A stretch of DNA of 63,906 nt, filler included, from Octopus bimaculoides (Eukaryota), in the NCBI RefSeq assembly GCF_001194135.2. It is 7 parts of 7 records of this genome, joined end to end, with 100 filler letters (N's around TTAATTAATTAA, not from the genome) between each part and the next. Parts side by side here need not be neighbours in the genome. Positions count along the whole stretch, not along the records: positions 44,146 to 50,826 come from NC_069005.1; positions 50,927 to 56,499 come from NC_069006.1; positions 56,600 to 61,805 come from NC_068994.1; positions 61,906 to 63,906 come from NW_026341554.1; 3 more parts are not named here. One strand, 5' to 3'. The notes below the pieces were generated by a model, which saw only the letters and a program-made list of their open reading frames with translations, searched no databases and was not told the origin of the DNA. Shown piece after piece: positions 50,115 through 63,906 of the stretch; the stretch's first letter is position 1; the number at the start of each line of letters is the position of its first letter. The position numbers were made by a program, and so were the translations under genes.

Positions 50115-50984
50115 CATACATAGATATACAAACATATATATATACATGCATGCATATAAATATATATGTAAATTTACACACTTTATGTGAGCGTTAGGTA
50201 TATATGTTTATATAGAGAGAGATGGATAGATAGACAGATAGGTACATACATACATACATACATACATACATACATACATACATACATACACAAACACATA
50301 CTTGCAGATATATATACACGCTGCGTGTGGATGTATGTCTGTACAAAATTGCGTGTGTACGTATGTATGTGGGTATCAGTGTGTTCACCGAGTGTGTGCC
50401 GGTGTATGTGTATATACATGGGTGGGGTGGGAGAGGCTGAGATAAGTTTAAGAGAATAAAATATATAATTGCACGGCATCAGATACCAAGCGATACATTG
50501 CCCATAGCTCCCCTTCTCTTCCTCCTCCTCCTCCACCACCTCTTCCTCCTTTCCATCACACACTCCACCTTTCTCCCGTTACCTCACCCCACTTCCTTGC
50601 CTGACAATTTCTTCACAGTATCATCCCCAAAATAGGGTAGTGAATCTCAAACTTTCACGATAAATACACTGGAGCTTACATCGCTTACACATACATACAT
50701 ATATACATACAGACATACATACATACATACACACACATACACACATACACATATACACGTGCGTCATCTATACGTGTATATGTATGTATGTATGTATGTA
50801 CGCTCGAATGCACACACACACACACANNNNNNNNNNNNNNNNNNNNNNNNNNNNNNNNNNNNNNNNNNNNTTAATTAATTAANNNNNNNNNNNNNNNNNN
50901 NNNNNNNNNNNNNNNNNNNNNNNNNNATATATATATATATATATATATACCTATATAAATATATATATATACATATCAGGTTCC

Positions 50985-51651
50985 TTCCACTGTTAGCTGT
51001 GTGAAGAAGTGCCACATACTAACATTGGAAGAGGGAGACCCAGGAAGACATGGGATGATGTGATGAAGCACGACCTTCGAATGTTGGGCCTCACAGAAGC
51101 AATGACAAGTGACCAAGACCTTTAGAGATATGCTGTGATTGAGAAGACCCGGCAAGTCAAGTGAGATCATGGCCAATGCCAGTGTCACATAACCAGCCCA
51201 TTTAAGAGTACCCTTCAATCGTCAAGCAATATGCTGTGCTTGAGAAGACCTGTTGAGCCAAGTGAAATTGTAGTTGTGGTTGATGCCAGTGCTGCCTGAC
51301 TGGCACCCATGCCAGTGCTGCCTGACTGGCACCCATGCCAGTGGCACATAAAAAGCACCATCCAAGCGTAGTCAATGCCAGTGCCACTTGACTGGCGCCC
51401 GTGCCGGTGGAATGTAAAAAGCACCATTTTAGCATGGTCGGTGCCAGTGCTGCCTGACTGGCCCCCGGACTGGTGGCATGTACAAAGCACCCACTACACT
51501 CTTGGAGTGGTTGGCGTTAGGAAGGACATCCAGCCATAGAAACCTTGCCAGATCAAATTGGAGCCTGGTGCAGCCTTCTGGCTTGCCAGTCCTCAGTCAC
51601 ACAGTCCAACACATGCCAGCATGGAAGGTGGATGTTAAACGATGATGATGA

Positions 51652-51655
<4 letters not shown>
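50985..51655 (+). mobile_element. RTE LINE 3' end
   Basis: gtgtgaagaagtgccac...ggaagagggagacccaggaagacatgggatga, then tandem units, tail and (GAT)n. Confidence 0.85.
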
Positions 51656-51692
<37 letters not shown>

Positions 51693-52745
51693 CAGGTGCG
51701 ATGGGTAAATTGTCGCCATTTTATATTTTTAATTTTGCACATGTGCATTGTTGGTTTTCGGTTTTGTTAACTACACAGTATAGTAGGGTCTGTGAGAAAA
51801 ACAGCACCAGAAATTTGGAATTGACATGCCGTACTACTTGGCATTCATGCCAGAAGCTCCAATACGAACATTTCAGAGTGTTTGGGTGTCAATCTAAGGA
51901 CAGTCCAGCAGATTCGGAAAGAGTTGGAGGAGTCTAATGGTGATTATGAAGGTATGGCAGCTTAGAAAACTCACTCTCATTGTTCTGATGAGAAAAGAAT
52001 TCTTCAAATTGTTGGTGAGATCCGGGCCATGATTGACAATGATCCCTCCAAGACAATCAGATCCATCACCAGGAACATGAGAGTGTCTAAGTTTCTTATC
52101 AGGTAGGTAGTGTATGAAGATATTTGGTATTCCTCATACAAGATGAGAAAGGGCCAATTTTTATCCCAGGCTATCAAGGACAAGAGGAAAGACTGCACTA
52201 TGAAGCTTTTGAACAAACTCATGCAACCCCCTCCAACCGAACATGCTTCAGTTTTTCTCAGACAAGAAAAATTTCTGGCAGGATCAAATGGTGAACACAC
52301 AGAACAATTGTTGGCTTGCTGTGTCCCCAAAACATGTACCGAGAGTGATAAAAATCAAACATCCAGTCAACATCATGGGGTTTGGAGTGATCACTAGTGA
52401 TAACGGCATTATGCCACGATTCATCTTCCCACACAGCCTTAGACTCAACACAGAGGCCTATATCAAGTGCCTGGAAGAGGTAGTGCTGCCCTGGGTGAAG
52501 AGGGTGGCTACTAGAAGACCCTATGTCTGGCAACAGGACCATGCCACACAAACAGGAGAACCCAGTCATGTCTGACAGACAACTTCTGCAACCACATCAC
52601 CCCTAACATCTTGTCACCTAACTCCCCAGACTGCAACCCTCTTGATTATTATGTGTGGGGCATAGTTGAGTGAGAGACCAACAAAACTCCTTGTAACACC
52701 AAAGACAAACTGAAGGCAAGGATTATGACCACATTCACGAACTGA
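51693..52745 (+). mobile_element. maT-like (DD37D-type) Tc1/mariner transposon, degenerate and 3'-truncated
   Basis: Starts TA-CAGG after a TA run. It reads FFSDKKNFWQDQMVNTQNN..KHPVNIMGFGVITSD..LRLNTEAYIKCLEEVVLPW..PYVWQQD; NSPDCNPLDYYVWG. The subfamily call rests on motif resemblance. Confidence 0.8.
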
Positions 52746-52999
52746 AACCAGCAAACAATAAAAGATATGTAATTAACATGTAGAAATATCTCAGCAACAA
52801 CATGTAGCGATATTTAGCATTTATAATATTAAAGATCCCTCTATCATAATTCCATTCTTACTGAGAACACCTCATAGGTACATAAATCTAGCCCAGTAGA
52901 TGACTGGTACTTTATTTTATCTACACCCAGAAGGATAAGGGTGGAATTTGAATATATTGCAATGCAACACCCATCCTGAGAGTTTGGAGTTTGAACTTG

Positions 53000-53375
53000 C
53001 ATCTCTTTTACTCTTTTACTTGTTTCAGTCATTTGACTGCGGCCATGCTGAAGCACCGCCTTTAGTAGAGGAAATTAACCCCAGGACTTATTCTTTGTAA
53101 GCCTAGTACTTATTCTATCAATCTCTTTAGCTGAACTGCTAAGTTACGGGGACATAAACACAACAGCATCGGTTGTCAAGCGATGTTGGGGGGGACAAAC
53201 ACACACATATATAAACGACGGGCTTCTTTCAGTTTCCATCCACCAAATCCACTCACAAGGCCTTGGTCGCCCCGAAGCTATAGTAGAAGACACTTGCCCA
53301 AGGTGCCACGCAGTGGGACTGAACCCAGAACCATGTGGTTGGTAAGCAAGTTACTTACCACACAGCCACTCCTGT
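53000..53375 (-). mobile_element. SINE family A, full length
   Basis: Reverse complement of 47820-48230. Confidence 0.9.
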
Positions 53376-54677
53376 TTATTTCCCTAAAATCTTCATCTCT
53401 CAGTGAGAAGAAATAACTATTAATGTTGTATTTCCAAATTATTGTTTCATGAATTGTAAAATTCTAAAATATTTATTAGAAATAACACTTAAAAATGTGT
53501 GAATAGATATCTGTGGAGAAACCAGGTTTTTTTCCATTTTCCATTAGATAGAAATAAAATATATATTAGCTATATCATATAAATATATATGNNNNNNNNN
53601 NNNNNNNNNNNNNNNNNNNNNNNNNNNNNNNNNNNNNNNNNNNNNNNNNNNNNNNNNNNNNNNNNNNNNNNNNNNNNNNNNNNNNNNNNNNNNNNNNNNN
53701 NNNNNNNNNNNNNNNNNNNNNNNNNNNNNNNNNNNNNNNNNNNNNNNNNNNNNNNNNNNNNNNNNNNNNNNNNNNNNNNNNNNNNNNNNNNNNNNNNNNN
53801 NNNNNNNNNNNNNNNNNNNNNNNNNNNNNNNNNNNNNNNNNNNNNNNNNNNNNNNNNNNNNNNNNNNNNNNNNNNNNNNNNNNNNNNNNNNNNNNNNNNN
53901 NNNNNNNNNNNNNNNNNNNNNNNNNNNNNNNNNNNNNNNNNNNNNNNNNNNNNNNNNNNNNNNNNNNNNNNNNNNNNNNNNNNNNNNNNNNNNNNNNNNN
54001 NNNNNNNNNNNNNNNNNNNNNNNNNNNNNNNNNNNNNNNNNNNNNNNNNNNNNNNNNNNNNNNNNNNNNNNNNNNNNNNNNNNNNNCAACACACATGTAC
54101 GTACATTTATTATTCATAACTGTGATGGCTAAAATAATCTAAGCAACAAAGAGCTAACGAACATGTTTTTCAGCTTGATTAATCCGTGTTTATCCTCCTG
54201 TTCCTTATTCTTGGTGTTTATCTGATAATCAATCAAACATACAAGAAAATCGGAGCGGGGGGGTGGGGAAGAAAAATGGCCAGCCATGTCTGTCATTTGC
54301 AAACGAATGTGATTTGATAACGTGTGCAATGATTACACTGATTGTTTTAGGGGACTTTTTAGTCCATGATAGACATAGTCACCTCGGCTCCCTCACCTTC
54401 AGTTAAGCAGAACATCCAGGATTTGATGGCTGGTGGGGAGGATATTGGGTGGGGGCACATTAGTAGTCAGCTGGTATTCACTTTTAGATGAACAGACTGA
54501 CATCGTATGCATGAAATGATGTACCTGGGTCAAGGGCACAATGCACTGCTTGGTCCAGGGATTGAACTCATGACATTATGATTGTGAGTTCAACACCTCT
54601 AACCACTGAGCCATGCAACCATGTTGCATTGAAAAATGGTATTAATCACCATCTTTATCATTCTCATATTATTATAA

Positions 54678-54723
<46 letters not shown>

Positions 54724-54959
54724 TAGGCGGTAAGCTAGAAAAATCATTAGCATGCCTGGTGAAATGCTTAGTGGTATTTTGTCTGCCATTATGTTCTGAG
54801 TTCAAATTCCGCTGAGGTTATCTTTGCCTTTCATCCTCTTGGGGTCAATAAATTAAGTACCAGGTGCGTACTGGGGTTGATGTAATTGACTCATCTCCTC
54901 TCCTCCAAAATTGCTGCCCTTGTGGCAAAATGTGAAACCATTATTGTTGTTGTTGTTGA

Positions 54960-55515
54960 GTGAGAGAGCAGTGCATGCCATCAAAGTGACACTGGGGTAA
55001 AATATACAAAGCCCAATATACCCACCATGACTACCCGTCTGATAAGGGTACACCAGGCACATGCATCACAACCATATGTACGCAGCATAGTGATCTCATA
55101 TCCAGATAAACAGTGCATGACCTCGCAGGTGGGGCCCAGTTAGACTTTTCTTCAGGTCAAGTAGCCCTTCCCGCTCAAAAGGTCCCTGAATAAAGGTTGT
55201 TTAAGGATGTTGAGCAAAACACCCATGTTTCCAAAGGTGAATTATTCAAACCCCAAAGAACTCCTCTCAACACATGGCTATGATGCTCCTCCACTACTTC
55301 TGCTCATGATCAGAGACACACATATTGTCAGCCACCAAGGGACATGCTCAACTGGTTAAGGTCAAACAACTGACAAGCAAATCTGTGGTATTGAGCAGAA
55401 TATTTGCTGTAGCCCATCTTTTATACCAAGACAAAACAATGTACAAGATAACACTTCCAATCAATTAAGATCAGAGGCAATGAGAGCCACTGCCTGGTAC
55501 TGCATCAGGGCATTT
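54960..55515 (+). mobile_element. Repeat family D, full copy
   Basis: Homologous to 40160-40700 and directly follows a SINE-B copy. Confidence 0.8.
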
Positions 55516-55613
55516 ATTATTATTATTTTATGTTTGACTTTTGTTTTGCATTTGTACAAGTTGGATCCAAGTCTCACCCAGAGACCTCAAGAGACAACAA
55601 GTTAGAAGTTCAT

Positions 55614-55678
<65 letters not shown>

Positions 55679-55801
55679 TTATTGCCTTTGCACAGCTTCT
55701 AATGCTGGAGATGTCCTACGGTGCCAGCTGTTCACTACCAGTGAACTAAAGTAACACCCTTTATTTTTCAAGCACCATCCAGAGAATTCGAGCGATTATG
55801 A

Positions 55802-55875
<74 letters not shown>

Positions 55876-56119
55876 TTAAAAAGATTGACGTAACTCCTCA
55901 CAAAGGTAAATAGATGATAGGAAGTGTGCAATGCAATTGCTATAGGCATCTTATTGATTTTCAACAATATTTCATCAGTTTGCCTGAGTTTGTTGAGTTG
56001 AAGATGAAAAGTGTTGAACTCAGCAAAGATAAGCAACCTATTAAAATATCATTCAAACCAAACGATACCCATTGAAATTGCCTTATGCTCTTCGTATTGT
56101 CTATTATTATTATAATTAT

Positions 56120-56500
56120 TGTGGTAAGTAGCTTGCTTACCAACCACATGGTTCCGGGTTCAGTCCCACTGCATGGCACCTTGGGCAAGTGTCCTCTACT
56201 ATAGCCTTGGGCCGACCATAGCCTTGTTAGTGGATTTGGTAGACGGAAACTGAAAGAAGCCCATCGTATATATGTATGTATATGTATATATATGTATGTG
56301 TGTTTGTGTGTCTGTGTTTGTCCCCCCACTATCGCTTGACAACCGATGCTGGTGTGCTTACGTCCCCATAACTTAGCAGTTCGGCAAAAAGAGACCGATT
56401 GAATAAATACTAGGCTTACAAAGAATAAGTCCTGGGGTCGATTTTCTCGACTAAAGGCAGTGCTTGAGCATGGCCGCAGTCAAATGACTGAAACAAGTAN
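56120..56500 (+). mobile_element. SINE family A, near full length
   Basis: Same consensus as 47820-48230. Confidence 0.9.
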
Positions 56501-57247
56501 NNNNNNNNNNNNNNNNNNNNNNNNNNNNNNNNNNNNNNNNNNNTTAATTAATTAANNNNNNNNNNNNNNNNNNNNNNNNNNNNNNNNNNNNNNNNNNNNT
56601 TTTACACACTTACTTCAAGTTTTTCTTGGTCTTCTTCAATTTTCTGGCCCTTCAATTAACGTTTGACTCAGTTTCTAACTATACATGAAACGAACATCTT
56701 AGAGCGAATAAAATGAAATTACTAGCACAGGCATTTAGAGTACAAGCAGCTCGCCTGCTTGTTAGGAACGGTGAAGCTCATTCAAAAGATATTCAATGGG
56801 CAAGGTCGTGGATGGATGGTAATTTGTTATCCACTTAAATTCCATCATAAGGGTGAGATAAATTAAAACAGCTTATAACAGCAACAGCAACATCATCAAT
56901 AATAATGATTTCAAATTCTCACGCAAGGCTTGTATTGCCGCCAGGCATTTTGTGTGCCATGTAGACGATCTTGGTAGCTTGCCACTAACACCAACAACGA
57001 TAATAAAATTGGTTTCAAATTTAACTACTCAACCAGCAATTTTGAGTGATGTGGTAAGTCGATTACATCGATCCCAGCACTCCACTGGCATTTACTCATA
57101 TTTTATCAACCCCGATGGAATGAAAGGCTATGCCACCGTTGGTGGAATGTTTATACCCGGAAACTAATGACAGATGAAATGTCACTAACAATTTTACCTG
57201 GCGGCTAACGATTCGGGCAGCTCTCCGCCTTGAGAACAACCACAATC

Positions 57248-57286
<39 letters not shown>

Positions 57287-58186
57287 GCAACAATAATACA
57301 CCAATACTCACAGACACATATACGCACATACAGAAAAAGATATATATGTGTGTCTGTGTGTGTTTGTGTGTCTGTGTGTGTGTGCATATGTGTGTGTGTG
57401 TTTAGTTGACGTGAGCCTTTGACATTTTATATACAAAACGATTCTTAACCCAATTTTCAAACCCTATTATGCATAGCTTTTTGCGCTTCGAGATCCATTA
57501 TTCACAAAAATAATTAGAGAGTAGGTGAGAGAGAGAGGTACATCTAGATTATTTGTATAATATATAGTTACTTCACAGCGTTAAATATATATTTATGAGC
57601 TTGTATAGATATAGATATACACATCACATATAAAGATATACACATATGTATGAATGTATGTATGTATGTATGTATGCATGTATATATGTGTATACGTATG
57701 TGTGTATGTATGCATACATTCATGTTTGTATCTGTATATATGTAGTCTATATTTTCTGGTCAAATTAAACAACAGATTTCGACCCCAGACGCTAGTTTCG
57801 CATGAGTTCAGTACATAAATTATTTTATTTAATTTTGCTTGTACTGTCAGTATCCTAATTTATTTTATGGATGAAACTCAGAGACATTTACAAAATGTCA
57901 ATTTAGTTAGGTAGAAGTTTTAATGAAATATTTTAAACATATTGCCAAACGAGCAATAAAAAGAAAATAAATAGAAAATGGAGCTCTATGCATAGCGAAA
58001 ATAGAGTCTAACAACATATGGTAGGAAAAGCGTGGCAATGTTGCGCATGTGCAGAGGTAAAAGTACATTTCAATGAGGTTGGTGGATGGCGTCTAAAAAT
58101 AAACAGAATGAACTTGTTTGTCATCTAATATCAGTCTTGAAAGAATCTTGAAATTTTTTTAAAAAAAGATTTAGCTTTGCCAAAAC

Positions 58187-58201
58187 TATAATAATAATAA
58201 C

Positions 58202-58273
<72 letters not shown>

Positions 58274-58300
58274 TATAATAATAATAATAATAACAATAAC

Positions 58301-58344
<44 letters not shown>

Positions 58345-58910
58345 CAATAATAATAATAATAATAATAACAACAATAATAATAATAATAATAACAATAATA
58401 ATAATAATAACAATAATAATANNNNNNNNNNNNNNNNNNNNNNNNNNNNNNNNNNNNNNNNNNNNNNNNNNNNNNNNNNNNNNNNNNNNNNNNNNNNNNN
58501 NNNNNNNNNNNNNNNNNNNNNNNNNNNNNNNNNNNNNNNNNNNNNNNNNNNNNNNNNNNNNNNNNNNNNNNNNNNNNNNNNNNNNNNNNNNNNNNNNNNN
58601 NNNNNNNNNNNNNNNNNNNNNNNNNNNNNNNNNNNNNNNNNNNNNNNNNNNNNNNNNNNNNNNNNNNNNNNNNNNNNNNNNNNNNNNNNNNNNNNNNNNN
58701 NNNNNNNNNNNNNNNNNNNNNNNNNNNNNNNNNNNNNNNNNNNNNNNNNNNNNNNNNNNNNNNNNNNNNNNNNNNNNNNNNNNNNNNNNNNNNNNNNNNN
58801 NNNNNNNNNNNNNNNNNNNNNNNNNNNNNNNNNNNNNNNNNNNNNNNNNNNNNNNNNNNNNNNNNNNNNNNNNNNNNNNNNNNNNNNNNNNNNNNNNNNN
58901 NNNNNNNNNN

Positions 58911-58951
<41 letters not shown>

Positions 58952-58958
58952 CAACAAC

Positions 58959-58996
<38 letters not shown>

Positions 58997-59003
58997 CAAC
59001 AAC

Positions 59004-59047
<44 letters not shown>

Positions 59048-59050
59048 TGA
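58187..59050. repeat. Long (AAT)n/(AAC)n microsatellite spanning an N gap
   Basis: Direct reading. Other microsatellites include (CT)n 5170-5222, (GATA)n 25545-25610 and (GGTA)n 59175-59255. Confidence 0.95.
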
Positions 59051-59826
59051 TGATGATTTTTTTTCATTAACCACGATGGTTTACGTTAACAAAAGGGTTT
59101 GCTCACAGACTCAGAGACCCATCCACACCACCATATATACATATATATAATTGGTTGTGTGTATGTATGTAGTGTGTTAGGTAAGCAGGTAGGTAGGTTG
59201 GTAGGTAGGTAGGTAGGTAGGTAGGTAGGTAGGTAGGTAGGTAGGTAGGTAGGTCATGTTTACGTCATACCAGAAGCCTTCAACATTCTCTGTCTAAAGG
59301 ATTTTTAACTCAATATTTGCACGCCATTATTTATAATTCATCTGCTTCCAGTCTTACTGATTTCGACCTGACAGAATATATAAATAAATAAATAAATAGA
59401 TAAATAAATAAATAGATACATACATACATACATACATACATACATACATACATACATACATACATACAAACATACATACATACATAGACACAGAAAGAGA
59501 GATATGTATGTATATATGTATACCTAATTATATATATATATANNNNNNNNNNNNNNNNNNNNNNNNNNNNNNNNNNNNNNNNNNNNNNNNNNNNNNNNNN
59601 NNNNNNNNNNNNNNNNNNNNNNNNNNNNNNNNNNNNNNNNNNNNNNNNNNNNNNNNNNNNNNNNNNNNNNNNNNNNNNNNNNNNNNNNNNNNNNNNNNNN
59701 NNNNNNNNNNNNNNNNNNNNNNNNNNNNNNNNNNNNNNNNNNNNNNNNNNNNNNNNNNNNNNNNNNNNNNNNNNNNNNNNNNNNNNNNNNNNNNNNNNNN
59801 NNNNNNNNNNNNNNNNNNNNNNNNNN

Positions 59827-59889
<63 letters not shown>

Positions 59890-61762
59890 ATGTATATACA
59901 TACATGCATAATGCATACCTACAGACAGACAGAAAGACATCAAACATATCAGCACAATAATTCTTTATCTAAGTGACCTGTTTAATTGTTTGGGGTGTGC
60001 ACACCGATTCCAAATGTAATAGACATTTTAAGCTTATACTAATTTCAATTAAACAATAGGGAAAACTGGACTTGAAATATACCAAATATGGCTAATATAG
60101 TATATTTATCACAAATATTCTGGCGAGGCGATCAAATGTGTCAGCGACTATTCATCCACATATAGAAGCGTATGCAGGTGTATAATTGTGCCTGTCTTTG
60201 CGTTCGCGCGTTACAAACCTTGACATATGGAGATTTGCTGCCTCAAACAAACCGAACAAAACTAGTGGAGACATCCTGTATTTCGATAGCGCATTCTCTT
60301 CTGTCTCCTTGGAATGAATCAAGAGATGTACAGCGCTAAATCTCAACTTAGCTGAATTCAAATCTGAAACACTTTCTTTTCAACATTACGTTTTATCTGG
60401 CACAAATCGTTTAAAGTGAGCATCATTGAGACATTAAATCCATTCTTTGAAATTTCTTTCTCCAATGGAGAATTATCCTTCAGGCCTATCGTAGGAATTA
60501 GCATTTAGTTTCTGCCTTTACTTTCTCAGTTTAATTACCGTATGGTTTCTGTTTAATTACCGCTTAGTTTGATTTTCATTTCATCTTTTCGTTTCGATGT
60601 ATTACGTAACACTAATATGGAATAAAATCCTATGATTCTATGCCCCTATGGAAGATATGATGCCATGTTAATATCATAGTAACAAATAACAAAGGAATTT
60701 AAAGATAGCGAGAATATGCATATGCTGTGATTCAAATTCTCAATTCTAATTTGATACAGTTTTTAAGCGATTTGCATTGACATAAGATTCTAAATATTTT
60801 AATACTAAGAATGCATGTATCTTCAGTTATAACATCAACAACAGTTTCAGGGTTATATTCATTAGGAGTAATCAATGTCGAATTGAGGTTATTTAGCTCA
60901 TTACTTAGTCTACTACAATGCAATCAGTACATAGTGATGAAAAAATTAAGTGAATGTGTTTGGACGAAAGACAGATCTCCGAAATTTCAAAATCAATTAT
61001 TAAAAAAATGTGTTATTTGACGAAAAACGTATCTCCGAAATGTCAGAAATATAATTCCTCTTGTTCCACTACAATTCATCTTAATTTATTCATTTTATTA
61101 CCGTCTCAGTTTATACAACAAACTAGTAGGAATGTAACATAGTTCATGAGCTCATAAAACCGGTGTAGCTGGATGCTATTTTACCAGGTTTGTCTGCTGT
61201 TGTTGAAAGAACGTAAAACTACATGTATCAACTTTTGTTGGTTCGTGCATCTTATTAAATCTAACATGTATAGTAATTAGAAATATGTATCCAATAAGAT
61301 AACGATAAGATGCCGTTATATACTTTAGCCAATGCACAGTAGATATCGTTTTGACACATCATTATAAATAAGTGAGAATTTATGAAAACATATAAGAATA
61401 ATGAGATGAGGAGAAAGATAGTGATAGTGCGGAAGTGGAAGGAAGAATAAGTGTAGGATATAGGTAGGAAAAAAAGAGAAAGAGACGGTTGGAGAGTGAA
61501 AGACGTAGAGAAGTGGCGGATGAAAATAAAAAGACAATGACAACATTCATAATTAAAATATAATTTGAGAGTTATATAACTACTATTTATATTCATACGT
61601 GACTGTATAATAAAATAATAGATATCAATAAAGCTCCATATTTCATGATATGATATTGGAGATATTACATGAGAAGCTGAGAAACATAGCTTACCACCAA
61701 CATCACATCCTCAATATAGATAAAGAGACAGGTAGACAGATATATAGATAAGGGATATAATA

Positions 61763-61805
<43 letters not shown>

Positions 61806-62354
61806 NNNNNNNNNNNNNNNNNNNNNNNNNNNNNNNNNNNNNNNNNNNNTTAATTAATTAANNNNNNNNNNNNNNNNNNNNNNNNNNNNNNNNNNNNNNN
61901 NNNNNTGCATGTATGTATGTATAAAGTCAACTCCCAATAATAAATATACACTACAACAACTGTACACAATAGTATAGCATACTGTTAAACTGTCTAGTAC
62001 TCCCTTAGGTTGTATACAGTATACACACAACAAATTATACACATTTATAGAATACTCTCCCTACCACCACTACCACCATTTTTACTACAAAACTCCTCCT
62101 TGCTTTTTGGCATTTCCACTCCATGGTAGTGAAATTATTAAGAATGGTTTCTTATTTAAATATATGGATAAGGACCACAGTCCCTTTTGGTTTTTCTTAG
62201 TTCCCCATACATGGTCCTCATCATTTTTTTGGTCAGCCTGTTTATGTCTTTAGCTGTTCTGGCAGCAACATCAATGGAAGCTGCGAAATCAGGATTCAAG
62301 AGCTAAAAAAAACAAAAAAAATAATAGAAAAGTTGCAAATAAAATATATAATCA

Positions 62355-63225
62355 CACTAGCAGAGATACCCGACGTTGCCCGTGTTACATGCAATATTGA
62401 AGGATGAGACTTTTCTCTTATATTTTCTGTAAGGAACTGGAATACATATGATTGGAATTTCATCAAAATTGCACATGAGGGTTCTTTCCCTCTTTACACA
62501 CCCTAAAAAATTTCTAATCATGCGACATGTATCCCATACTATTGATCTTTATGTGCATATTCCAAAATTTCAGTCTTCTGGAATCTGTAAAAAGGATTTT
62601 GCTCCTGAAAAATGGAGCTCATGGAGCTCTAAAATGGGGGAATGAAGGCTCCTATTGGGGGTGGGGGTGTTAATGTCAACCAGAGAAGTTGAATTGTTGG
62701 GAATGTTTTAACTTGGGTCTTATAGTATGCCTGTATATGTGAGAGTATAGTTTCACTTTAATAGTTTCAGTATGAAATTGAAAGTATTAAAGTGAAAGTA
62801 TCTGACATTATAGTAGAGTGATGTTATTGTTTCACTTTTGANNNNNNNNNNTGAAAGTATCTGACATTATAGTAGAGTGATGTTATTGTTTCACTTTTGA
62901 CACGTAATACTGAAATAGTGGAGGAGATATGATATTGCTGTGGGCTCAAACTATGCAAGAAATTAAAAATTGTTTTGGCCAAAGACACTACATGGACCCT
63001 AAGTAGGGCATGTGTTAATTTGGAATGAAATTGGTTGTGTAGTTCTCGATTTTTAGGGATTCACACAGACACACATTCTCATCTTTATATATCTGATATT
63101 TATGCGCATATTCGAAAATTCTAGTGTTATGGACCCTGTAAAAAGGATTTTGCTCCTGAAAAACAGAGCTCTTGGAGCTGAAAAATACACACACACAGAC
63201 AGACAGACAGACAAACATTTTCATT

Positions 63226-63235
<10 letters not shown>
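62355..63235 (+). mobile_element. Non-autonomous Helitron/Helentron-like element
   Basis: 5' ACTAG..ACCCGACGTTGCCCG motif, 3' (GACA)n followed by a TA run, and an internal ~80 bp direct repeat (ctgtaaaaaggattttgctcctgaaaaa..gagctc) at about 62560-62635 and 63105-63185. Confidence 0.5.
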
Positions 63236-63262
<27 letters not shown>

Positions 63263-63864
63263 ATATATCTCTGTAACTTTGTATCAATCTCTCTGCCTCC
63301 TTCTACACACACACGTCATCGTCATCATTTAAGATGGGTTGAACAGTTTGAGTGCAGCTAGCAAGGCGGAGAGCTGTATCAGGCTCCAGTCACACCCTAA
63401 CAAACACAAAACTGGTGAGAATTTATTATGATGCAATATATATATAGTAATATCAAGATATTTATGAATATGAAGAAAGAAAGAAAGAAAGGAGTGAGGG
63501 AAGGAAGAAAGAAAGAAAGAAAGTGGAGAAGGAAGAAAGAAAAAAGAATGAATGGGAAAAGGAAAAAAATATAAATACAATAATTAAAGAGAAGGGAGGA
63601 GTAAAAGAATAGGGAGGGTGGAGAAAGGAAAAGAGGGGAAGGGGAGGAGACAGAGGGAGAAAGATTGAAAAATAAAAAAAAGAAACAGAAAAAGAAAATG
63701 AAAATGGGGGAAAGTTTCAGCAGAAATTGAACATGAAGTCTTTCTCGGAATCAAACCGGGTGCGTTGGGAGGAGGGATATGCGTAGAGTATGTGCATGAC
63801 TGTATATCTACTTGTGTATGTAAGTGGATATATGTATGCATGTGTGTATGCATATATGTGTGTT

Positions 63865-63906
<42 letters not shown>

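Noticed and set aside
60950-61050. Imperfect ~57 bp tandem duplication (gacgaaa...atctccgaaat)
   Set aside because: Only two diverged units with no other supporting structure.
62793-62900. Exact ~49 bp direct repeat either side of a 10 N gap
   Set aside because: This is typical unmerged contig overlap.

Overview
This is an AT-rich, gap-riddled eukaryotic window made mostly of microsatellites and transposable-element debris. The SINE/LINE families look like those of an octopus (coleoid cephalopod) genome; that is an inference from repeat types, not a database match. The only host gene I can support is a spliced + strand gene missing from the six-frame ORF track. It has nine phase-compatible exons from 9431 to 27550 (1252 nt, about 417 aa). 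These encode a signal peptide followed by repeated ~95-110 aa modules, each split over a phase 1-0 exon and a phase 0-1 exon, which resembles an Ig/FN3-type beta-sandwich cell-surface or secreted protein. One exon pair has been tandemly duplicated out of register with the modules. This builds a chimeric module whose short exon has diverged almost entirely by amino-acid-changing substitutions and now ends in a GC donor. Possible decayed downstream exons, including a transmembrane-like one, lie at 27.0-30.7 kb. The rest of the window holds several transposable-element classes: Tc1/mariner remnants (a near full-length Tc1, maT-like, mariner and DUF4817-type fragments), RTE LINE 3' ends with variable tandem repeats, R4/Dong and Penelope-like fragments, a Gypsy-like gag remnant, a Helitron-like element and at least three tRNA-derived SINE families. 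It also contains several minimal hammerhead-ribozyme motifs, inverted SINE arrays and palindromes. No bacterial-type systems (CRISPR, operons) or true rRNA/tRNA genes are supported. Repeat boundaries are by eye and approximate.
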